Made by a program: the position numbers and the translations under genes. This document shows positions 47,787 to 56,110 of a stretch of 64,000 nt of DNA, in pieces. The stretch is from an uncultured bacterium (GTDB lineage Bacteria > Patescibacteriota > Minisyncoccia > UBA6257 > 2-01-FULL-56-20), in contig OY970358.1 of NCBI GenBank assembly GCA_963718575.1, forward strand, positions 578,172 to 642,171, read 5' to 3'. Below the pieces are notes generated by a model that was not told the origin of the DNA, ran no database searches, and saw only the letters and a program-made list of their open reading frames with translations. How positions within the stretch are numbered: position 1 is the first letter of the stretch; every line of letters starts with the position of its first letter.

Positions 47787-48710
47787 CTATCCCTCCTCTT
47801 TCCTCCTCGCTCCATGGAATGCCTTGTGCACATCCCGCAACTGATTGTTGGTGAGGTGCGTGTAGACTTGCGTCGTTGAGATATTCGCATGGCCGAGGAG
47901 CTCCTGCACGGAGCGGATATCTGCGCCGTTTACGAGGAGATCGGTAGCGAAGCTATGGCGCAGAAGATGCGCGTGGATGTGATTGGGAATGCCGGCTTGC
48001 GTGGCGCGCGCGGCGACGAGGCGCTGGACGGCGCGTGGGGTGATGGGGCCGATCACTTTGCCCACGCGATCGAGGCTGACGAATAACTTCTCTTCCGCGT
48101 CGCCGCGTCGCGCCATGTAAGCTTTGACCGCATCGCGCGCGGAGTCGGAGATGAACACGACGCGCAGCTTATCTCCCTTGCCGCGCACAGAGAGCTCGCC
48201 GCGTTTGAGATCGATGCCGCGCGGGAGCGCGCAAAGCTCGGCCAATCGCAGTCCGGTGGAGAAGAACATCTCTAAAATGGCTTTGTCGCGCAGATCGCGG
48301 AGCGAGTCGCCCTTCGGCGCGGCGAGCAGGCGCTCGAGGTCGCCGTACTCGAGCGTATCGATCTGCCGCCCCGGCACTTTGGGCAGCTCAATCTTGTCCG
48401 CCGATAAAGTTTTAATATCCCGCTTCGCCATATATTTCAAAAAGTTGCGCAGGGCGATCGCGTAATATCCCTGCGTCACGCGCTTCATGTCGCGCCGCGC
48501 GAGCGCCACGCGAAACTCGCGCACCACATCATCCGTGATCTCGGCAGGGGAGGAGATCTTTGCAAACTTCAAAAATTCCAAGATATAATGTTTATAGTTC
48601 TCGCTCGTCCGCGGTGACCGGTTTTTTTCGATCTCGAGGTAATTCAAATAATCCTGGAGCAAGCGTTCGATTTCGGTGCGCGGTTTTTCTTTTTTTGTTT
48701 CTGCCATCAT
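47787..48710 (-). CDS. Tyrosine recombinase of the XerC/XerD family.
   Basis: C-terminal HLLRHSFATDLLVNGADIRSVQELLGHANISTTQVYTH (R..HxxR..Y) plus an N-terminal core-binding domain. Confidence 0.8.
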   Translation of the reverse strand: MMAETKKEKPRTEIERLLQDYLNYLEIEKNRSPRTSENYKHYILEFLKFAKISSPAEITDDVVREFRVALARRDMKRVTQGYYAIALRNFLKYMAKRDIKTLSADKIELPKVPGRQIDTLEYGDLERLLAAPKGDSLRDLRDKAILEMFFSTGLRLAELCALPRGIDLKRGELSVRGKGDKLRVVFISDSARDAVKAYMARRGDAEEKLFVSLDRVGKVIGPITPRAVQRLVAARATQAGIPNHIHAHLLRHSFATDLLVNGADIRSVQELLGHANISTTQVYTHLTNNQLRDVHKAFHGARRKEEG

Positions 48711-48751
48711 TTCATTATACGCTTATGTGTCGCAAAACGCGGATATTGACA

Positions 48752-48780
48752 AGATTAGTAATTATATAGTATAATATTTG
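48752..48780 (+). promoter_or_regulatory. Sigma70-like promoter TTGACA-18-TATAAT.
   Basis: ttgacaagattagtaattatatagtataat, upstream of the small-ORF pair. Confidence 0.4.
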
Positions 48781-48804
48781 ACAGAACAATGATGGAGGTT
48801 CGCC

Positions 48805-48993
48805 GTGAACGGATCATTGAAATCTATCGTCAGCAGTGGTTTGTACTGGGTTGAAGGTGCTTGCGATGTCGTCAGCCTCGGAGTTGAAATAACATTCCGC
48901 GAGCTGGGATTTTTCACCAAGGCCATCAAGGATGGTTTTTCCCCCGCAAGGATGCCATTGACAGTGCGGGGAGGCATAGGACAAACTAAGTAA
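48805..48993 (+). CDS. Small protein of 62 aa.
   Basis: ORF track. Shine-Dalgarno-like GGAGG upstream of the GTG start. Confidence 0.3.
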   Translation: MNGSLKSIVSSGLYWVEGACDVVSLGVEITFRELGFFTKAIKDGFSPARMPLTVRGGIGQTK

Positions 48994-49014
48994 GGAGCAT
49001 TTGGAGGTCTACGC

Positions 49015-49134
49015 ATGAAGAAGGTATTGCAATCGGTCGGCAGATGGACCTTGGTTTCCATCTGCGCCATCGGATCTTTTTTTGAAGCAGGTTTCGTCAC
49101 CGGACGTAACCTGGTTGGCTTGCGCGATGAGTAA
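49015..49134 (+). CDS. Small hydrophobic peptide of 39 aa (MKKVLQSVGRWTLVSICAIGSFFEAGFVTGRNLVGLRDE).
   Basis: Read directly. GGAGG 7 nt upstream. Below the ORF-track cutoff. Confidence 0.25.
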   Translation: MKKVLQSVGRWTLVSICAIGSFFEAGFVTGRNLVGLRDE

Positions 49135-49156
49135 CGGGCATTCGCCCCCACAGCAA

Positions 49157-49188
49157 CCGTCACCCCTCATAAAGGGTGACGGTTTTTT
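49157..49188 (+). terminator. Rho-independent terminator.
   Basis: CCGTCACCC ctcataaa GGGTGACGG followed by TTTTTTC. Confidence 0.6.
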
Positions 49189-49231
49189 CATCCCTTGCTA
49201 AATATTAAATATTGATGTATCATAACCAATA

Positions 49232-49498
49232 ATGCTTACTAAACGAGTGAAGTCCCGCATCGTCGGGGAAAATAAGAAACACGACAAAGACACCGGCTCT
49301 GCCCAGGTGCAGATTGCGATGACCTCCCGCCAGATCGACGAATTGGCCGCGCACCTCAAGAAGAACCCGAAGGACAATCATTCCCGCCGCGGTCTTTTGA
49401 AGATGGTCTCCAAGCGCAGGAAACTCCTTGCGTACATGAAGAAGAACGAGCCTTCTCTGTACGAAAAACTGATCAAGAAGCTCGATCTTAAAAAATAA
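49232..49498 (+). CDS. rpsO: 30S ribosomal protein S15.
   Basis: GSAQVQIAMTSRQIDELAAHLKKNPKDNHSRRGLLKMVSKRRKLLAY. Confidence 0.9.
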   Translation: MLTKRVKSRIVGENKKHDKDTGSAQVQIAMTSRQIDELAAHLKKNPKDNHSRRGLLKMVSKRRKLLAYMKKNEPSLYEKLIKKLDLKK

Positions 49499-50175
49499 TG
49501 AAGCCAGGAACAAACTATTCCAACCAGCGGGTTGGGATTTTTGTTGATGTGTCGAATCTGTACCACTCAGCAAAAAATCTTTATCAGGGGCGCGTGAACT
49601 ACGCGGAGCTCATCAAGCATCTCGTGGGCGGGCGTCAGCTCATCCGCGCGATGGCGTACGTGGTGCGCAGTGAGGGCGTGGAGCCGCAGCAGCCGCGCGG
49701 ACATCAGCGCATGGCGGAGGCGGATCAGGCGGCGGCGGTATCGCTCGCGCCGGGATCGCCGACGTTGAACGGCGGAGAGAATGGCAATGGGGGTGCATCT
49801 TCCGAATCCAGCTTCTTTGAAGCGCTTGAAAAGGCGGGGCTTGAACTGCGCATGAAAGATCTGCAGATCTACGCCGGCGGTATGAAGAAGGGCGATTGGG
49901 ATGTCGGCCTCACGGTGGATGTGATTCGCATGATGCCATTTTTGGACGTTATTATTTTGGTGACAGGCGATGGCGATTACATCCCGTTGATCAATTATGT
50001 AAAATGGGGTGGCGGGCGAGTGGTCGAGGTCGCCGCGTTCAGACGGAGCGCATCAACAAAGATAGTGGAAGCCGCGGACGAGTTCGTGAATATCGAGACC
50101 GTCCCGCGCGCGATCATGAAGCCGAGCTTCGTGCGTGGCAGGGGGAAGCGGCCGCCGCAGTCGGACAATCATTAA
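49498..50175 (+). CDS. NYN-domain (LabA-like / DUF88) protein with an internal low-complexity insert.
   Basis: IFVDVSNLYHSAK...MAYV...VDVIILVTGDGDYIPL pattern. Confidence 0.5.
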   Translation: MKPGTNYSNQRVGIFVDVSNLYHSAKNLYQGRVNYAELIKHLVGGRQLIRAMAYVVRSEGVEPQQPRGHQRMAEADQAAAVSLAPGSPTLNGGENGNGGASSESSFFEALEKAGLELRMKDLQIYAGGMKKGDWDVGLTVDVIRMMPFLDVIILVTGDGDYIPLINYVKWGGGRVVEVAAFRRSASTKIVEAADEFVNIETVPRAIMKPSFVRGRGKRPPQSDNH

Positions 50176-50317
50176 AAATAATTAACTAACCGAAGCGCGA
50201 TAAAGGGGATATCATTCCGAGCTTTGCGAGAGATCCGGCGAATGCCATGGGCCGCGCGATCTTTCCTAAAGCTCAGGATGATAGAACTCTCCGGGTTCGC
50301 GGTTCTATCAAAATAAT

Positions 50318-52459
50318 ATGTTACAAAAAAAGCAGTTTTCGGTTGAGGTCGCAGGGAAGACGTTGACGATCGAGGTGTCGGCGCTCGCCGAGCAGGCGAA
50401 TGCGGCGGTGATCGCAAAGTACGGCGAGACCGTCGTGCTCGCGACCGCGGTGATGGCGCGCAAGGACAGCGACATTGATTACTTGCCGCTCAAGGTGGAT
50501 TATGAAGAGAAGTTCTATGCCGCAGGGAAGATTTTAGGCTCGCGTTACGTGCGCCGCGAAGGCCGTTCGTCCGAAGAGGCGATCTTGGCTGGCCGCTTGG
50601 TGGACCGCACCATCCGCCCGCTCTTCAACGACAAGATGCGCCGCGAGATCCAGGTGGTCGTCACCGTGTTGCAGATCGACGAGCAGAACGATCCGGAATT
50701 CGTCGGATTGCTCGGCGTTTCGACCGCGTTGCTCATTTCCGACATCCCGTGGAACGGGCCCGTCGCCGGCGTGCGCGTTGCGCAAAAGACGGACGACAAG
50801 CAGTTCGTCGTGAACCCCGACAACAGTGCCATCATCGAGCCGAACCTTCCGATCTTCGACGCGTTCGTTTCCGGCTCCAAGGATCGCATCAATATGATCG
50901 AACTTGGCGGATTGGACGCGCAGGAGAAGGATGTCGTCGCGGGATTCAAGCTGGCACAGACCGAGATCAATAAACTGATCGCGTTCCAGGAACAGATCCG
51001 GAAAGAGATCGGCAAGCCCAAGGCAGTCGTTGCGCTCGCGGAGCCCGATGCGGAGATCCAGGCGGAAGTCCGCGCGTTCCTGGCGGACAAGCTTGAGGCG
51101 GCGATCTACAAGCCGACGAAGGTGGAGCACACGACCGCGGTCGGCGCGCTGCATCATGAATTGAACTTGCACATCAAGGAAAAATTCGGCGCTACGAAGG
51201 AGAAGATCAACTGGAAAGCGGTGGAATTTTTCTACGATGAAATGGTGAACGACCTCGTCCATAAGAATATTTTGGAAAAAGATCAGCGCCCGGATGGACG
51301 CAGACTCGATGAGGTTCGCGCGCTCGACGCCGAAGTGGGACTCTTCTCGCGCACGCACGGTTCGGCGCTTTTCGTTCGCGGGAACACGCAGGCGCTCGCA
51401 ATCACGACGCTCGCGGCGCCCGGGGCCGAGCAGATGATCGAGACGATGGAGACCACCGGCAAACGCCGTTTCATGTTGCACTACAACTTCCCGCCGTTCT
51501 CGGTCGGTGAGGTCGGCTCGTTCCGCGGCCCCGGGCGCCGCGAGATCGGCCACGGCAACCTCGCGCGCAAATCGCTCGAGCGTTTGATCCCGAGCAAAGA
51601 AGAGTTCCCGTACACGATCCGCGTCGTTTCGGAGATCATGTCTTCGAACGGCTCGTCGTCGCAGGCGACGGTCTGCGCGGCGGCGCTCTCGATGATGGAC
51701 GCCGGCGTGCCGCTCAAGAAGCCGGCCGCGGGCATCGCGATGGGACTCATGATGGCGTTCAACGCGGACGGCACTGCCGACGTGAACAACTACAAAATTT
51801 TGACCGACATCCAGGGACCGGAAGATCACCATGGCGACATGGACTTTAAGGTTGCGGGAACGAACGACGGCGTGACTGGCGTGCAGATGGACGTTAAAGT
51901 GGACGGACTCACGATTGAACTCTTGGAGAAAGCATTCGCGCAGGCACGCGAAGCACGCTTGCACATCTTGAAGACGATCGTCGCGACGCTCCCCGCCGCT
52001 CGCACGGCGATCTCGCAGTTCGTGCCGAAGATCCGTCAGTTCAAGATCGACCCGGCGAAGATCGGCACGGTCATTGGCCCTGGCGGTAAGATGATCAATG
52101 GCCTCATTGCAAAATACGAATTGGCGGGCATCGACATCGAAGAGGATGGCGGCGTGTATGTCTCGGGCGTTGACCTCGCAAAAGTGGAGGCCGCTGTTGC
52201 AGAGATCATGGGTATGACGAAGGAATGGAAAGTGGGCGAGATCGTAGAAGGCCCGATCGTCAAGATCCTCGAGTTCGGCGCGATCGTCGACCTCGGCGGC
52301 GGTGCCGACGGCATGATCCACGTCTCCGAGCTCAAGCAGGGATTCGTGAAGCAGGTGGAAGATGTTGTCCATCTCGGCGACCACGTCCGCGCAAAGATTA
52401 TTAAAGCGGAGAACGGCAAGATCGGCTTGTCACTGAAGCAGATGGAAGGCGTGAAGTAA
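50318..52459 (+). CDS. pnp: Polynucleotide phosphorylase.
   Basis: Two RNase PH domains, a KH domain (GKMINGLIA) and an S1 domain (GEIVEGPIVKILEFGAIVDL). Confidence 0.9.
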   Translation: MLQKKQFSVEVAGKTLTIEVSALAEQANAAVIAKYGETVVLATAVMARKDSDIDYLPLKVDYEEKFYAAGKILGSRYVRREGRSSEEAILAGRLVDRTIRPLFNDKMRREIQVVVTVLQIDEQNDPEFVGLLGVSTALLISDIPWNGPVAGVRVAQKTDDKQFVVNPDNSAIIEPNLPIFDAFVSGSKDRINMIELGGLDAQEKDVVAGFKLAQTEINKLIAFQEQIRKEIGKPKAVVALAEPDAEIQAEVRAFLADKLEAAIYKPTKVEHTTAVGALHHELNLHIKEKFGATKEKINWKAVEFFYDEMVNDLVHKNILEKDQRPDGRRLDEVRALDAEVGLFSRTHGSALFVRGNTQALAITTLAAPGAEQMIETMETTGKRRFMLHYNFPPFSVGEVGSFRGPGRREIGHGNLARKSLERLIPSKEEFPYTIRVVSEIMSSNGSSSQATVCAAALSMMDAGVPLKKPAAGIAMGLMMAFNADGTADVNNYKILTDIQGPEDHHGDMDFKVAGTNDGVTGVQMDVKVDGLTIELLEKAFAQAREARLHILKTIVATLPAARTAISQFVPKIRQFKIDPAKIGTVIGPGGKMINGLIAKYELAGIDIEEDGGVYVSGVDLAKVEAAVAEIMGMTKEWKVGEIVEGPIVKILEFGAIVDLGGGADGMIHVSELKQGFVKQVEDVVHLGDHVRAKIIKAENGKIGLSLKQMEGVK

Positions 52460-52463
52460 TAAA

Positions 52464-52552
52464 AGCGCCCATCGCCGCCGAGCGTTTGAGTGTTCCTCGC
52501 GGGACTTCCGTTGATCACCTACGCAGTAACGAAACAGCGATGGGCGCTTTTA
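52464..52552 (+). terminator. Long-range 15-bp perfect stem enclosing a 63-nt loop region, followed by TTATTTG. Terminator or small structured RNA after pnp.
   Basis: AAAAGCGCCCATCGC ... GCGATGGGCGCTTTT. Confidence 0.4.
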
Positions 52553-52595
52553 TTTGTGCGTCATATAAGATTTTTGTGCTAAAATAAGAGGAATA

Positions 52596-53015
52596 ATGGA
52601 CAGCTTTATTGATAAAACCGTGGTGAACACTCCGCCGCCTCCGCCGTTGGAGATAAAAATCCGTACGATGCGGTCGGATATTGACTCAATGATGAAGAGC
52701 GGGGGAGGCGCGCCGGTGTTTCAGGACGTCGCCGTTTCCGGACTTTCCATGGAAAAGGAATATATCCCCGCTCCTTTTACGACGTCGCCGATGCCATCTA
52801 CGGCTTCGACGCCCACCGAGCAAGCTCCCGTGACAACGCCTCAGATCCAAATAGAAGAACAAAGATTTCCCGCCGCGACCACCCCTGAGCCCGCGCCCCA
52901 GCCGGTTGTTGGAGAGGAGGCGGGGAGCGACCTTGTTCCGAAAATATTTGTGGGAATTGTTGCCCTGGTTGCGATCGGAGTCGTGGGTTATTTCGCGTAT
53001 ACCATATTTAAATAA
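52596..53015 (+). CDS. Pro/Thr-rich protein with a C-terminal transmembrane anchor.
   Basis: ORF track. Confidence 0.4.
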   Translation: MDSFIDKTVVNTPPPPPLEIKIRTMRSDIDSMMKSGGGAPVFQDVAVSGLSMEKEYIPAPFTTSPMPSTASTPTEQAPVTTPQIQIEEQRFPAATTPEPAPQPVVGEEAGSDLVPKIFVGIVALVAIGVVGYFAYTIFK

Positions 53016-53336
53016 ACCAGCATGTAATATAAAAAGTGGGGCCGAATGCTTTGTGCACAACAGCCCCACTGTGACTCCCATATCAATCCACCCGATAGAT
53101 TCTTCCTCTTACCCTCTTTTTCCATCGACAGCCAGAGGTGGCAGGTAGGATCTTTCATCCGAAAGACAAGGAAGATCTGGGTCTTGCTGCCACTCCCAAA
53201 CCAGTCTTTTCCAAAGACCAACTCCTCTCTTTCGCTCGAAGAAAAACCAATCCGAGATGATCGCGCCAACCCTTCCCAGGAAAGCAGCGACTATTGCGGG
53301 GATATAGTTAATTACTTCGCCTATTGGGCCTTCTTT

Positions 53337-54428
53337 TTATTCCTTCTCTTCTGCCTCCGGTTTTTCCGCTATGCCGTCGCCGTTCTTATACGCCTCCGCG
53401 GTCTTCTTTTTTATCTCTTCAAAAAGTTTTTTGTCTTCCTTCAGTTTTGTTTTTGAATTCTCGAATCCGACGCCCAGCCGTTCGCCGTTGTAGCTAAAGC
53501 TCGCCCCGGATTTTTTGACCACGCCGTGATTGACCGCCGCGTTCAGCACGTCGCCCGTGTAGGAGATCCCTTCGCCGAACAAGATATCGAATTCCGCTGA
53601 CTTGAACGGCGGAGCGACTTTGTTCTTTGCCACCTTGGCCTTCACGCGATTGCCGACGACCACTTCTCCTTTCTTTACCTGCGCGATGCGGCGGATGTCG
53701 ATGCGCACCGATGCGGCGAAGGGGAGCGCGCGGCCGCCCGGCGTCGTTTCCGGATTCCCGAACATAATGCCGATCTTCATACGGAGCTGGTTGATGAAGA
53801 TGATGAGCGTTCCGCTATTTGCGGCGATCGCAGTGAGCTTGCGCAATGCCTGACCCATCATCCGCGCCTGGCGGCCGACGTGCTGTTCGCCCATCTCGCC
53901 TTCGAGCTCCGCGCGCGGCGTGAGCGCCGCGACGGAATCGACGACGACGACGGAGATGATCCCCGATCGCACGATGCTTTCCAAGATGTTCAATGCCTCC
54001 TCGCCGCTGTCCGGCTGTGAGATGAGCAGTTCGTTCACGTTCACGCCAAGTTTTGCGGCGTATTCAGGATCCATCGCATGCTCTGCGTCGATGAACGCCG
54101 CTTTGCCGCCCTGCTTCTGCGCCTGGGCCACGACGTTCAGCGCGAGCGTGGTCTTGCCGCTCGATTCAGGACCGAAAATTTCCGTGATGCGTCCGCGCGG
54201 CAAGCCGCCGACGCCGAGCGCGAGGTCGAGAGAGAACGATCCGGTCGGCACGACTGACACGCTTACATGGGTCATATCGCCCATCTTCATGATCGCGCCT
54301 TCGCCGAACTTATCCTGGAGCGATGAGAGAAGCTCGTCCACCTCTTTATTGCTCGCGTGCTTTTCCGTCACCGGCGGTTTCTGTTCTGCTTTGCCCTGCC
54401 CCTTTTTAGATGTTTTCATATGCCTCAT
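53337..54428 (-). CDS. recA: Recombinase A.
   Basis: GPESSGKTT (Walker A) and overall RecA pattern. Confidence 0.9.
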   Translation of the reverse strand: MRHMKTSKKGQGKAEQKPPVTEKHASNKEVDELLSSLQDKFGEGAIMKMGDMTHVSVSVVPTGSFSLDLALGVGGLPRGRITEIFGPESSGKTTLALNVVAQAQKQGGKAAFIDAEHAMDPEYAAKLGVNVNELLISQPDSGEEALNILESIVRSGIISVVVVDSVAALTPRAELEGEMGEQHVGRQARMMGQALRKLTAIAANSGTLIIFINQLRMKIGIMFGNPETTPGGRALPFAASVRIDIRRIAQVKKGEVVVGNRVKAKVAKNKVAPPFKSAEFDILFGEGISYTGDVLNAAVNHGVVKKSGASFSYNGERLGVGFENSKTKLKEDKKLFEEIKKKTAEAYKNGDGIAEKPEAEEKE

Positions 54429-54484
54429 TATATCAGAGCCACCATTAAATATATATTAACTTTGGGTTAAAAATAGCTTAAATC

Positions 54485-55231
54485 CTAAAGAGCCGGCGTT
54501 CCAGTGGTGGCTGCGCCTGCCGGGGTGGTGTCGGAAGCGGCTCCCGTGGTGGAACTTGCTGTCGAGCTTGGCGTCGTGCCGCCGGGCGGCTGATAGAATA
54601 TCTGTTCCGTGACGGTTGTCACCCCGCCGAGGAACTTCTTTGCCGAGATCTCGAACGGGTTTGGGCCGGTGCCGAGGAGTACGCCTTTCTGCCATGAGCC
54701 GTCGGCGGCGATGATGATTTGCTCGGTCTCGCCGTTCGCGCCTACGAGATAGAGCGAATCCGCGCCGCTCACCGTGCCGGACAATGTGACCGTGCTCGAC
54801 GTCGTCACGTATGGATTTGCGTCGGGGAATTGCACGACGAGCGTCGGATGGCCGAATATGCGCGGTGCCTGGAAGGCGAGATAGATGAGCACGAGAATTC
54901 CCGCACCGATCGCCCAAAGATATTTCGGCGGCGATTGTTTGATGAACCGGTTCCGCGGAAGCGTATCGAGCTCGCCGGAATTTTTAATCACTCCTTGTTT
55001 TTTTAATATCGTCCACCACTCTTCACCGTCGAATTCGAGGATCGTTCCAAGATGGATCATGTAGCCGTGGAAGTACGGCGCCGACGGCATGCTGTCGTAA
55101 TCGCCACGAAGCAGTGATTCGATGTGTGCCGGTGCGATACCCGTCATCTCGGCGATCTTCTTAAGGGAGAGGCCCTTTTCCTTCATCTTTTCCGCAAAAA
55201 ACTGTTCAAAGGGGATCTCGTTGGGATTCAT
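54485..55231 (-). CDS. RodZ-like protein: HTH (XRE) domain, then a transmembrane segment, then a Thr/Ser/Gly-rich extracytoplasmic domain.
   Basis: N-terminal LSLKKIAEMTGIAPAHIESLLRGDYD, followed by a single transmembrane helix. Confidence 0.4.
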   Translation of the reverse strand: MNPNEIPFEQFFAEKMKEKGLSLKKIAEMTGIAPAHIESLLRGDYDSMPSAPYFHGYMIHLGTILEFDGEEWWTILKKQGVIKNSGELDTLPRNRFIKQSPPKYLWAIGAGILVLIYLAFQAPRIFGHPTLVVQFPDANPYVTTSSTVTLSGTVSGADSLYLVGANGETEQIIIAADGSWQKGVLLGTGPNPFEISAKKFLGGVTTVTEQIFYQPPGGTTPSSTASSTTGAASDTTPAGAATTGTPAL

Positions 55232-55277
55232 ATATCCTGATGATAAGGCGCAATAAGAAAATAGTCCATTTCTAAGC

Positions 55278-55406
55278 CTGCCTTACATGAGGGCACGTTC
55301 CTTTTGAAAGGACGGCGTTCCGGTCTGCTGACCGGCCGCCTTGGCTCTCAGCGCCTTCGCGCTTCCGAGACACCTTTCAAAAGGAACGTGCCCTCATGCA
55401 AGGCAG
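55278..55406. repeat. Large imperfect palindrome. The 34-bp arms differ by one mismatch and flank a 61-nt spacer that contains its own palindrome, CCGGTC-TGCT-GACCGG.
   Basis: The arm ctgccttacatgagggcacgttccttttgaaagg at 55278-55311 pairs with cctttcaaaaggaacgtgccctcatgcaaggcag at 55373-55406. Confidence 0.75.
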
Positions 55407-55443
55407 AATAGCGCAAGAACTATTTTCTTATTACTTAAGTGAT

Positions 55444-55521
55444 TAAAAAAACACAAAAGACCTATTGCTAGGTCTTTTGTGTTTGATCCAACACAGCGCT
55501 GGAACCCGGCTTACCATCCGT
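55444..55521 (-). ncRNA. Candidate small RNA of about 75 nt, bounded by a promoter and an intrinsic terminator.
   Basis: On the minus strand, a TTGACG-16-TATATT promoter is followed by CGGAUGGUAAGCCGGGUUCCAGCGCUG...(stem ACACAAAAGACCU / AGGUCUUUUGUGU)UUUUUUU. Confidence 0.3.
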
Positions 55522-55527
55522 GATTTC

Positions 55528-55555
55528 AATATAGCAGGAATAAAATAATCGTCAA
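55528..55555 (-). promoter_or_regulatory. Sigma70-like promoter TTGACG-16-TATATT on the minus strand.
   Basis: Reverse complement of 55550-55555 is TTGACG. Reverse complement of 55528-55533 is TATATT. Confidence 0.4.
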
Positions 55556-55751
55556 ATATCTTTTAATAAAAATTTAATATTTCTTTAGGGCGGTGGAAGT
55601 GAGGGGTGTCGAGCCCCTTGGATCTGGATGGTAAGCCGGGTCCAGCAACCGTGCCACCCCCACCACGGAGCGAGATTAGCATATAGTGCATTAAATTTAG
55701 GTAAAGTTTTTGTGGGTAATATGGAACGATAAATGATGTTCGAATAAAGTT

Positions 55752-55785
55752 ATAAAAAACTGGGGCCACTAATATAAGTAGCCCC
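55752..55785 (-). terminator. Rho-independent terminator on the minus strand.
   Basis: CTGGGGC...GCCCCAG with a T-tract on the minus strand, downstream of 55789-56055. Confidence 0.5.
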
Positions 55786-55788
55786 AGG

Positions 55789-56055
55789 TTATGCCGCAAG
55801 CGGAAGTTCGTAGGGAATTTCTGCCTCTACTTCCGAGTCGATGTCGTTCCACCGTTCATCCTCGGGATCGTCCAAGTCAAGACAATAAGGGAAATGTTCC
55901 TTACGGACATGAAGCTTCCCGTTGCCGAGCGCGATGACCAATCCCTCATACTCATCGCCTGGGTCGATAGATTTCTGACAAATCTCGCAATGGTGTTGCT
56001 CTCGAGCGCAAGCGGTATAGGTTCTAAGTAAGCGATAGGCTCTTTTCTCTCGCAC
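55789..56055 (-). CDS. Small Cys/His-containing hypothetical protein.
   Basis: ORF track. HHCEICQ...FPYC. Confidence 0.35.
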   Translation of the reverse strand: MREKRAYRLLRTYTACAREQHHCEICQKSIDPGDEYEGLVIALGNGKLHVRKEHFPYCLDLDDPEDERWNDIDSEVEAEIPYELPLAA

Positions 56056-56110
56056 AGCACATCCTCCTTCCTATTGAAATTGTAAACAAACCAACCCCTA
56101 ATATCAATCG

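Noticed and set aside
50534-52384. 616-aa minus-strand ORF across pnp.
   Set aside because: Antisense to pnp. Arg/Asp/His-rich nonsense typical of a GC-rich antisense frame.
55563-55799. 78-aa minus-strand ORF and a possible tRNA at about 55590-55680.
   Set aside because: The ORF spans the small-RNA, promoter and repeat region and is AT-rich nonsense. Only a T-arm-like hairpin is present, not a complete cloverleaf.
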